The notes under the pieces are model-generated. The model searched no databases. It had not been told where the DNA came from and saw nothing but the letters and a program-made list of their open reading frames with translations. Source: Octopus bimaculoides (Eukaryota). From it: DNA of 54,534 bases. Shown here in pieces: positions 1-10,212 of this stretch (its first letter is position 1; each line of letters starts with the position of its first letter). Position numbers and translations under genes: made by a program. The DNA lies in the NCBI RefSeq assembly GCF_001194135.2, contig NC_068982.1, forward strand, positions 18,063,159 to 18,117,692, written 5' to 3'.

Positions 1-36
1 ATATATATATTCCTTCATATATATTAATCATTCATA

Positions 37-412
37 GGCGCAGGCGATTATGTGTGAAGCTTGCTTCCCAATCACGTGGTTTCGGGATCGGCTCAACTGC
101 GTAGCGCCTTCGGGCTTCCTCGGGGCGACCAAAGCCTTGTGAGTTGAATTGGTGGACGGAATCTGAAAAAAACCGTCGTATACATATACGTATGTATCTG
201 TGTGTATGTGTGTGTGCATATCATTATGTCTGTGTTTGTCTTCATATCACCGGTGTTGGTGTTTTTACGTACCCGTTCGGCAATGGAGCCCGATAGAATA
301 AGTACTGGGCTTTTTTAAAAAATTACTCCTGGGATCTATTTGCTTCACTAAAACCCTTGGAAGCAGTGCTCCGGCCTGGCCACAGTTAAATAACTAAACC
401 AAGTAAAAGAAT
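37..412 (+). mobile_element. tRNA-derived SINE, family A (my label), full length
   Basis: Head GGCGCAGG..., body ACCAAAGCCTTGTGAGTTGAATTGGTGGACGG, internal TA/TG microsatellite, 3' part ending CAGTTAAATAACTAAACCAAGTAAAAG; matches other copies in the window. Confidence 0.9.
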
Positions 413-485
413 AAATGTATAAAAAGTAAAATATATGTAAATATATTTGGCGTATAAGAATCCAACTGTACATGTATACTCTTTT

Positions 486-884
486 CTCTTTTACTCTTTT
501 ACATGTTTCGGTCATTTGACTGTGGCCATGCTGGAGCACCGCCTTTAGTCGAGGAAATCGACCCCAGGACTTATTCTTTGTAAGCCTAGTACTTATTCTA
601 TCGGTCTCTTTTGCCGAACCGCTAAGTTACGAGGACATAAACACACGAGCATCGGATGTCAAGCGATGTTGGGGGGACAAACACAGACACACAAACATAC
701 ACACACAAACATGTATATATACATATATACGACGGGTTTCTTTCAGTTTCCGTCTACCAAATCCACTCACAAGGCTTTGGTCGGCCAGAGACTATAGTAG
801 AAGACACTTGACCAAGATACCACACAGTGGGATTGAACCCCGAACCATGTGGTTGGTAAGCAAGCCACTTAGCACGCAGCCACA
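486..884 (-). mobile_element. SINE family A, full length
   Basis: Reverse-complement copy with CGTCTACCAAATCCACTCACAAGGCTTTGGTCGG and TGAACCCCGAACCATGTGGTTGGTAAGC (B-box-like head on the minus strand). Confidence 0.95.
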
Positions 885-1242
885 GCATTATTAGAACATA
901 TATGTATGGATATACGTATGCTTGAATCTGTGTAGATAGAAAGACACGGTAAACGATAACGATTGTAAGGTATGTATTTATGCGCATACCCCGGACTTCA
1001 TGTGATGAAGTAATATCCTTTTATTCTGTAACTTGTTTCAGTCAATTTGACTTTGAATATGCTGCAGCACCGCCTTTTAGTCAGAGAAATCGACCCCGGA
1101 CTTATTCTTTGTAAGCCTGGTACTTATTCTATCGGTATGTTGCGCCGAAGCGCTAAGTTACAGCGATCTAAACACATCAAGATCTGTTGTCAAGCGATAT
1201 TGGAGAGGCAAACGCAGATACAAACGCACAAATATATATATA

Positions 1243-1500
1243 TTTTGGAAAATCGCCAGAAATCGGTTGAGGTCTCTGCCCCACAGAAGAATTGAATATG
1301 GACGCCTACTACATCGATTATTCTATGAAAAACATACCGATACCATCAAGGGAACAATACTCTAAGAAAATTTTGGAGAAAATTACAGGGTCACTTTTTG
1401 CCGGAATTTTCAATGGCCAGATAACTGAAGAGATGTTGGCGTGGGTTCCCACCCCGGCATCCGAAACTCGGAGTTTTATCATGGCTACCGAATAAGTGTC
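1243..1500 (+). mobile_element. Miniature Penelope-like fragment (ORF N-terminus plus hammerhead)
   Basis: Translation YSMKNIPIPSREQYSKKILEKI resembles the YSxKNIPIP N-terminal motif I know from PLE ORFs; followed directly by a hammerhead motif. Confidence 0.65.
1414..1487 (+). ncRNA. Type I hammerhead ribozyme motif
   Basis: Stem I TGGCCA-GATAA/TTATC-A-TGGCTA; core CTGAAGA 1425-1431; stem II GATGTTGG/CCGGCATC with inner GTGG/CCAC; GAAA 1463-1466; stem III ACT-CGG-AGT; GUU triplet, predicted cut after 1475. Confidence 0.8.
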
Positions 1501-1589
1501 ACATATTTTTATACACACNNNNNNNNNNNNNNNNNNNNNNNNNNNNNNNNNNNNNNNNNNNNNNNNNNNNNNNNNNNNNNNNNNNNNNN

Positions 1590-1661
<72 letters not shown>

Positions 1662-1879
1662 GACAGGATTCTTTGTGTTTCCATCTACCAAATCCACTGA
1701 CAAGGTTTTGGTCAGCCCGAGGCCATAGTAGAAGACACTTGCCCAGAGTGCCACGCAGTTGAACTGAACCCGGAACCGTGTGGTTGGAAAGCAAGCTTCT
1801 TACCACACAGTCACGCCTGCACCTATGTTTACATCTGCTTTGAGTATCGATGTGTGTTTGATATATAAATACATATTAT

Positions 1880-3230
1880 GTAAAAATGTGCAATTCTGAG
1901 GCCATATTGGTGTTATAAACAAAGGCAAATTAACGTATGAAAAAGCACGGATCTTGATAAGCTATGTGCAGGCAAGGTACGGTATTCATCTTCGGGTAAT
2001 CTTGTTTATAAACCAATTTGGGGTTGGAAAATTAGATACGAAGAGTTAAGGTTGAAATGAGAGGTAAAGCGATATGTATGTGGGGTGGATGGGAGAGGCG
2101 AGAACAGAAATGAGTCTATTAGGAAAAATGAGATATAACTATGGAGTGGCTGTAAGGGGAGGGATTGAGTGATTAAGAGTATGATGGAGAGGTCAAAAAG
2201 ATAGAAGACCCAAACTGTAGGGAGAAGTCACAGCTGCTAAGGGTAAGTTGGTGCAAGTTTTCCATTATCGACTCGTGATTTATAGGCAATGACTATAATG
2301 TTAAATAGAGGCAAATTTTGAAGTGCTAGTTTAAGTGATTCATATTTGACTGAAGGGAAGAAAGAAATAAAGACGAACACTTTTTAAGTATAGACACAAG
2401 CACTATATAGTATGGCAGTCGCGTCAAGTATCGCATATGAGGTAGATGGAAATAAAGTGGTTGTGTAACGGTGAACAGCTAACTAAAGGGAAAAGGAAGA
2501 TCATGTGGGAACGTGCAATGGACGAGATTTCTTGCAAGAGAACAAACGCAGATTAAGCTAAAATAATATAGATTTCATGAGAAGAGAAAATGGTCATTGC
2601 AGTTACTTAATCATGCATAAGCTACAAAAAATGCAAAAAAAAAAAAAAAAAAAGAAAAGAAGCTCTGTCGAAATTTAATAAGCAACAAATGTCATGGAGG
2701 AAATGGGAGAATGGTTAAGAGATACAGAATTGGATGCAGATTTATCTAATTCAGATGGAGCATAATGAGTTATGGTAATATGAAAGAGTTATGTAGTAGC
2801 AGACAGAAGGTGGGATTCTTTGTTCAGACGTAATATTTCTGCGGATTCTCGGCAGGAATTACATGCTTCCTACGTACAGCATTCCGGTATTAATAATATA
2901 TCAAAAGGTATCATAAGATATATCTTTAGCTGTAATAGGTTGGTTGTAGGTAGTCAGGGAGACAGGATATTGTTGTATAGTTTTCGATAACTAGCTTATG
3001 TGTTCGATGTATCGGTGCTTAAAGTTGATCGTTGATCTAATGTAAATGTTAGTGGACGCTGTCTATTATGGACGCTGTGTTCTTATACACAACATTATAT
3101 TTAGCTTAGATTGTTGTCATACAAAAAATAGTCGCTATTGTCTTGTGAAGCTAGTCATACTATAAATGATATCAATATCATTATAGAAGTTATGGCAGTC
3201 GATCTAATAATATTTATAAAGTTAATCACG
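1880..3230 (-). mobile_element. Highly decayed Penelope-like RT/thumb region
   Basis: Minus-strand remnants across frameshifts: HKTIATI (DKxxATV-like), RYL-D-DCHTI-like, DNGKL, HSIVISHF, NWFINKI, NLPFV, in PLE order. Confidence 0.5.
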
Positions 3231-3277
3231 ATAACTATAAATATTTAAGAATAAATATCACTATTACGCTTATAGCT

Positions 3278-3622
3278 AAGCAACTGCACTTTTTACGAGG
3301 GTTCGGTATCATTGAGCAGCACCTTCGGCAAATGTCTCCTACCATAGCCCCGAGACGACAGCGGTTTGTGAATGAAATTGGTATCGTAAATTGAGTGGAA
3401 ACTTTCGCGTATCGTGTGTGTGTCTTTGTGTTTCTGTTTATCTCCAAATCGCTTGAAAACCAGTCCTGTCTTGTTTAAGTTCACTTAACCTAGCAGTTGT
3501 TCAAACGCGACAGATAGAATAAGGACCAGACTTAAATAACTAGTAATGAGGTCCATATATCCGGCGAAATTCTTCAAGGTAATGCTCCAATACGGATGCA
3601 GTCGAATGACTGAAACAGATAA
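3278..3622 (+). mobile_element. Old diverged SINE family A copy
   Basis: CACCTTCGGCAAATGTCTCCTACCATAGCCCCGAG and 3' end GCAGTCGAATGACTGAAACAG. Confidence 0.8.
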
Positions 3623-3769
3623 TGACATTTACATTGAGTTCATATATTTGTCATTTTTTTCCGTCCACGGATCTAACAATATCATCAATCCGATATTCAA
3701 TATCATGGCGATAAGGAACACCGATAATAGTTAATATCATGACAATAACTGGCATACATATCAATTTGA

Positions 3770-4740
3770 GGTATCTTTCACATCTAAAACATGGAACATA
3801 TGCTTCGCTGTTTATTCATTTTTGAGATCTACTCTTACTAATTATCTATCCAAATATGAGGTTTTCTACCTATATCATATATCAATAAAATATTAAATCG
3901 GAAGATGACTTCGATTTTCATATTTTTGTTATCGATAACATATGTTCTGTTTTAAATCTTTGTGTTGAACAACCCATTCCTACAGCCATCTATGACATTT
4001 GAAGTATTAGTATTGTTTGTATGTAAGAAATCAATAAAGAATATGATTTATTGAATAATTTAAATATGGAAAGATAGAATCGGGTATAGTAGGAGTTCTT
4101 ATAGAAAACTGGAATATATAATAATAGCTTTACATCATTGTCTATAAATTTAATTATCTATAAATGAAGTTGTCTGTAAAATTAATTGCGAGTTTTGTAT
4201 TAAAGGTGAATGACAGTTAATTAGAAGACTATGAACTACCCAGTTGTGAATATTATAAAAATATGAAAGACATTCAATAAATATTTAATTATGGATTGTC
4301 GCATTATTAGCAACGTTACGGGGATTCTGTATGAATATTTATTACCCCTTCAAATTGGAATAATAATACCGAATAAACTGTAACATGAAGAGATTTACGT
4401 CGGTAAAGTTACTTCTAAATTCAGAATTTATATTGTTTTAATTTAATCGATGCAACATCATAGTCGGTATAATAAATCGTGTTTACTAAGGCAAAGCATA
4501 TTGTTTAGATTATATCTATTTATATTGTAAATGAAAATAGCGAGTGGGAGTTTATGTCAAGATATTAAAATATTTTGTGATAATGGTAACTAGATTATAT
4601 TGAATGGCAAGTTTTTACTGTAATAGTATCTATTGGAGATATATCATCAAATTACGAAATATAAAATTCTTTGGTACAGGAATATAGGAAAAATAGCTCA
4701 ATATCTGCAAGGTTCTTTGTTATACGGCTGGAAATGAATG
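3770..4740 (-). mobile_element. Decayed Penelope-like RT
   Basis: Minus-strand remnants: VTxDVxSL-like, LILQTTSFIDNxIYRQ (NxFxFDNxIYxQ-like) and YVPCLDV (PFLDV-like), in the correct order; many stops. Confidence 0.55.
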
Positions 4741-4776
<36 letters not shown>

Positions 4777-4860
4777 CGGATTACTAGGGCTCCAAGATTA
4801 TCGTCCAGACCGTAGTTATAGAGTCATTGTAGATTTCCGATGAAGCGGATATATAATAGC

Positions 4861-4909
4861 TAAAGAAGACAACAAACGTTAAGGAAAGGCAAACATCTCA
4901 AGTCATATA

Positions 4910-4964
<55 letters not shown>

Positions 4965-5079
4965 TTTCCAGAGTATGGGATGTCCCAGAAACAGCTGTAA
5001 GACATTTAATTTTTCCAATAATAATAATGTATATGACTTGAGATGTTTGCCTTGCCTTAAACATTTGTTGTCCTCTTTA
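4861..5079. repeat. Fold-back element: about 60-bp inverted arms around (TAT)n and a hammerhead remnant
   Basis: 4861-4920 and 5019-5079 are reverse complements with about 4 differences; interior contains TGGGATGTCCCA-GAAA-CAGCTGT-A. Confidence 0.85.
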
Positions 5080-5099
5080 ACAATCATACATTTACACTT

Positions 5100-5469
5100 T
5101 TATTCTTTCACTTGTTTCAATCATATGATCGTAACCATGCGGGAGCACGGCTTTTAGACGAGCAAATCGAACCCATGACTTATTCTTTGTAAGCCTACTT
5201 CTTACTCTATCGGTCTATTTTGCCGAACCGTTAAGTTACCAGGACGTAAACACACCAGCATCGGTTGTCAAGCGATGTTGTGGGGCGGGGCACAAACACA
5301 GACACACAAACATACATGTATAAAAATATATACGACGGGCTTCGTCTAGCAAATCCATCACACGGCTTTAGTCGGCCTTAGGCTATAGTAGAAACATTTG
5401 CAGAAGGTTCCACGCGGTGGAACTGAACCCGGAACCATGTGGTTGGTAAGAAAGCTACTTACCACACAG

Positions 5470-5472
<3 letters not shown>
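5100..5472 (-). mobile_element. SINE family A
   Basis: Collinear with 486-884; head AACTGAACCCGGAACCATGTGGTTGGTAAG. Confidence 0.9.
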
Positions 5473-5509
<37 letters not shown>

Positions 5510-5939
5510 NNNNNNNNNNNNNNNNNNNNNNNNNNNNNNNNNNNNNNNNNNNNNNNNNNNNNNNNNNNNNNNNNNNNNNNNNNNNNNNNNNNNNNNNNNN
5601 NNNNNNNNNNNNNNNNNNNNNNNNNNNNNNNNNNNNNNNNNNNNNNNNNNNNNNNNNNNNNNNNNNNNNNNNNNNNNNNNNNNNNNNNNNNNNNNNNNNN
5701 NNNNNNNNNNNNNNNNNNNNNNNNNNNNNNNNNNNNNNNNNNNNNNNNNNNNNNNNNNNNNNNNNNNNNNNNNNNNNNNNNNNNNNNNNNNNNNNNNNNN
5801 NNNNNNNNNNNNNNNNNNNNNNNNNNNNNNNNNNNNNNNNNNNNNNNNNNNNNNNNNNNNNNNNNNNNNNNNNNNNNNNNNNNNNNNNNNNNNNNNNNNN
5901 NNNNNNNNNNNNNNNNNNNNNNNNNNNNNNNNNNNNGCC

Positions 5940-6487
5940 TATATATGAGAAGGTAAGTTTTAGTGTCCGAAAATAAGTATATTAATGAAGCACATAGTAA
6001 GTTGAATGCTAGTTATAGAATAAAAGTAAGTAGGAGTCTGAAAAGAACAAATATATCACCTAAAATTTGAGAACAAGAGAACGCTGTAGGAATTGTGTGA
6101 AAAGTCCATGAAGTTTGATAGAATGTCCAATGGATGGCAAAGTACTAATCTCATCCACGAAAGATATATGGTTTGTGATGTCGATTAGTGTCTACGTATA
6201 AAGAAAAGCTATTTTACCAACGTGCGCTATTGGAATATACATATATATGTTATTACATGTATATGTATATGTATATATGTATATATATATATATATATAT
6301 NNNNNNNNNNNNNNNNNNNNNNNNNNNNNNNNNNNNNNNNNNNNNNNNNNNNNNNNNNNNNNNNNNNNNNNNNNNNNNNNNNNNNNNNNNNNNNNNNNNN
6401 NNNNNNNNNNNNNNNNNNNNNNNNNNNNNNNNNNNNNNNNNNNNNNNNNNNNNNNNNNNNNNNNNNNNNNNNNNNNNNNNNNNNNNN

Positions 6488-6551
<64 letters not shown>

Positions 6552-6790
6552 TGTGTATATGCATATATGTATATGTGTGTGTGAATGCATTCAGAGGTAC
6601 ACTCAGAGGGATAGATGAAATGGTAGACAATTTCAATAAACACACATGGGATATTTGTAAGATGCTTGTTTGTTTTCAAAATCTTTGAATATGTTGGTCG
6701 TAAGAGAATTCTATGACTACGAATATGCATTTTCTAAAAGAAATTCGGAGCTGCATTGTTTCCTAATCTCGTCTTTCCTTCCTGTATTTT
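5940..6790 (+). mobile_element. Possible decayed PLE 3' (endonuclease) region interrupted by microsatellite and gap
   Basis: Remnants CRNC...ECPMDGKVL, NKHTWDI and SKRNSEL resemble the CxC...CPLDGxCL, xxIWEL and LNKRSE motifs. Confidence 0.4.
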
Positions 6791-7403
6791 CTCGACTAAA
6801 AATTTATTTAGTCATTAGTATTTTTACGATTTATAGGTAAACAACTTAGATGTGTTACACATCAATCTAATCTGCGATTGTTTGTAGCCGACACAAATGT
6901 TGGTTGATTGCTCCAGTCACGTTTTACATCGTATGGTAAAGGCGATGCGTTAACCTATATAGTTACACGATGGTTGCCCGCATAAGGTTTGCCAGCAGGC
7001 AATGCGTAACAGAACGCTCTACGAACATAACCGGAAGAGAAAGCATTGTAGACACAATGGAGAACAGGGATTAAATAGTAGAATATTTATGGGCAGAGTT
7101 ATGTAAATGTGAAATTTGTTTCATGTAACTACACTTTATGTAATAAATTTTTCCGTTTAAAAACATGTATTCATTTTATCATTTTGTACAAGCTCCCAAA
7201 ATGAAATTTTGTTAGTTAAATTATATAAATTGTACGTATGACATAATTCACCACATTACCATGGATCCAGCAATATACTTCAAAATATACCAGTCATGTG
7301 ACGGGTAACACTATTAGTTCCATATCAGATGATTCAGGTGTTCTATCTTTTGTACAGAAGAAACTAAATAAGAACTATAAAACTAAATCAAGAACAACAC
7401 TTT

Positions 7404-8390
7404 TAGTGAAGAAGATAGAAAAATCCTTGAAGATGTAATACAAATATGCAGCCCTGCACACTTTTAGTTTAAAACATGCTTTTTAAGATAAGCATGATTG
7501 TCAACGTGAAAATCGAAATGGCTGCCAAAATCCAAAATGGCGTCTAACATTAAAAACTAATAATTGCGATGAACAGGAAATAACATTTATTATAATAAAG
7601 GTTACTTATGCATTATTTTACACAAATAGCATTATATTTACCAGTTGTTTCTACTACCTTCTTCACTAATCCATGTTATACTGGTTTTGTCATCTCTGAA
7701 ATGCATAGACTAGCACAAAGGGAAGTACAAAGAAAGACTGACTTCTTGCATGTGCAACGTCCTGCACTCTCAGTTTTGCACTGGCACTTTTTTTAAGTGC
7801 TTGGCATTGTTCTGCTATGGCTCATAGTCCAGTGAATAGTGAATGTGCCATCGTCATTATTTTTCCACCCCCAGGTGATAGGTGATGGCAACGCTGGCCT
7901 CGTCTACAGAACAGGGCCCCATATGTGCCCCGCATGACATGTACCTCCGCCTAATATGTAGAACCAGAATTAATGACGAAGATAGAAAAATGCTTCAAAA
8001 GGTAAATATAAAGCTATTTATGTAATATATTGCAGAATAAATAAACTTTATTATAATTAAACTCATTTCCTGTTCATCGCAATTATTAATTTTTAATGTT
8101 GGACGCTATCTTCGATTTTGGCCGCCATTTTGAATTTCACGTTGGCAATTATGCTTATCATAAAGAGCATGTTTTATACTATACGTGTGCCAGACCACAT
8201 ATTTGTGTCAGCTTTTGAAGGAATTTTCTATGTTCTTCACTATAATGCTGGATGCCATCTTGGATATTATTGACCGCCATTTCCAATTTTCCCGTTGGCA
8301 ATTATGCCTATCTTAAACAGGATGTTTTATATTAGAAGTGTGCCAAATTGCATGTTTGTATCACATTTTGAAGGATTCTTACAATAGTTG
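7404..8390 (-). mobile_element. Non-autonomous DNA transposon with about 197-bp inverted repeats and a residual Cys-rich transposase C-terminus (Academ-like)
   Basis: 7404-7600 is inverted to 8046-8242 (TAG...CTA ends); 8243-8390 repeats 8095-8242 in tandem; the minus-strand interior encodes LPSPITWGWKNNDDGTFTIHWT then, after a frameshift, KCQCKTESAGRCTCKKSVFLCTSLC. Confidence 0.7.
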
Positions 8391-9900
8391 ACGTTTATCC
8401 TATTCCCTATTAATCAAATCCATCCGGAAAGTCGAAATATCGTTTGTGATCTAAACCTTGAGGATAGTACAGAATCTTTCATAGTGAGAACCCTTAGGAT
8501 TAACCTTCAGCGCCAGAACCGGAATTTCATCGACAGTTCATTCGTCAGGCTGATATACCGCTGGAAGAATTATCCTTACTTTTCTTTTCAAAAATAGACT
8601 CCGCTGGTGATTTAACACTATTGACGTGATTAATTGGTTCAAATATATTGAAAATAAACAAGCTGACATTGATAGCTATTACTATAGATTTCTCTAATAT
8701 TGTTAAATAGGAAGGATAGGATAAATGGAATTGACATTACTATGGGGTCAAGTGACGCGGCACAGGTAAGAGATTTGTTAGGAATTTATGCTTTATATTG
8801 CCTATACCACCATTCCCGAATAACCAGGGTGACGTTATTAGTCATGATGCACGTTCCTTAATTTGAAATAAATAGGGTGGAAAAAGAAACAATGAGGAAG
8901 AAACATTTTATATACTAGTTTTGTATCCATTTTATAAACTGATGAATATTTAAATTATGTAAATAGTAAATAGACTTTCTGTTCACTATTAAAACATAGT
9001 GCATTGGATAGGTAGAATTGCTAGGATGTTTTGTATGTTAGTAAGGAGAGGGATATGTCAAAACATCGTAATACAATTTGTGTAGCTACCACTAAGATGA
9101 ATATTTATATTGTTAACTCTGACGACGTTTCCGTAATAAGTAGTGAATGTGCCGATTACTATATAAATAGTAATATCGTTGATAATTGGCAACATTCATA
9201 ATTTAACTCGTGTGATAAAAAACAAACATTCATAATTTGACTCGTGTGATAATAAACAAACCCTATCAACGTCAGTTCAGAAAACGATAACCATAATGAA
9301 TCCAATTGTATGCTTAATAGTAATTATGATATTAGGAATAACTTTAGTAGTACTCATAATAGGAATATATGGGAAACGCGGGAGAATAACAATTCTAATA
9401 GCAGCAATAATAATATAAGCTGTAGTAATGTTTGCTACATTCTGTGATGATAATGCTAGTAATATACTTCTTATTAATATACTACCGATAAATAGTGTAA
9501 ATTTAGAAGACGACCGGAATGCCCATTGAATTATAATTGCCAAACAAAGAATATTGTTTTCAAATGCACCGCTGCAACTTCGAATCCAGTCGAATATGTA
9601 ACTTGTTAGGTCTAGTGACTTCAAATCAAGAATAACGCGGCCATTTATGCACATTTAGTAGAGACGATAAGGCAAATCAACAACATTGACGGAAAGAATA
9701 TGGGAATTAGAAAGACATTTTATTGATTACGCAATCATTCTATGCTATGCCAAAATCGGATGGTTGCGGTGCCTGTTATTTGCATTGCATAGAAATTCTT
9801 GAGATCTTGCGATGTAAGATGAGGCTTAATAAATTTGAAGAATTATGCATGAGGACCCCTCAAGTTTACAAAAGCTTTTTGATATTACCAGTCCATATAA
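8390..9900 (+). mobile_element. Decayed Penelope-like retroelement, RT followed by C-terminal endonuclease (Hydra-clade-like, tentative)
   Basis: Ordered remnants: NTIDVINWFKYIENK, DIDSYY, DITMGSSDAAQVRDLLGIYALY, YLNYVNS, Asn-rich linker, KQRILFSNAP (WFNPP-like), KSTTLTERIWEL, CYLHCIEILEIL...LNKFEE. Confidence 0.8.
9191..9258 (+). repeat. 34-bp tandem duplication
   Basis: AACATTCATAATTT(A/G)ACTCGTGTGATAA(A/T)AAACA twice. Confidence 0.95.
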
Positions 9901-10074
9901 TATTATCATTATTGTTAATAAGTAATGTTGTCGCTGTAAAGTAATTAGAACTAATAGTATTGGTATCATAATAAAATTATTAATTGTAATTAGTTGCGTG
10001 TATTAATTGGAATAAAATTAAGCAACACATCGTTCTAATGTTCAACTATATTAATATTAAATAACAAATAAGTG

Positions 10075-10212
10075 CATGAGCTGGCAGAATCGTTACCACG
10101 CCGGAGATAATGTTTAGCGGTTTTTCTTCCGAATTCACATTCCAGGAGACCACACTCAGGTCGATGTATTCCTCTCACAAAATTGCTGACCTTGTGCCAA
10201 AATTTGAAATCA
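10075..10212 (+). mobile_element. tRNA-derived SINE family B (my label), deleted copy
   Basis: Head GAGCTGGCAGAATCGTTACCACGCCGG and tail CTTGTGCCAAAATTTGAAA. Confidence 0.75.

Larger units (their letters stand above)
1019..1825 (-). mobile_element. SINE family A split at its internal microsatellite by an insert and a gap
   Basis: 3' half at about 1019-1231 and 5' half at about 1660-1825, both collinear with copy 486-884. Confidence 0.85.

Noticed and set aside
4837-4860. CCGATGAAGCGG hammerhead-like core
   Set aside because: No paired stem II or GAAA follows.
9277-9654. 125-aa hydrophobic minus-strand ORF resembling a membrane protein
   Set aside because: It is the antisense reading of the Asn-rich linker of the plus-strand PLE.
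8390-9900. Naiad-type selenoprotein PLE (in-frame TGA codons)
   Set aside because: Domain order is RT then endonuclease, whereas Naiads have an N-terminal endonuclease; the stops are mixed TAA/TAG/TGA with frameshifts, i.e. decay.
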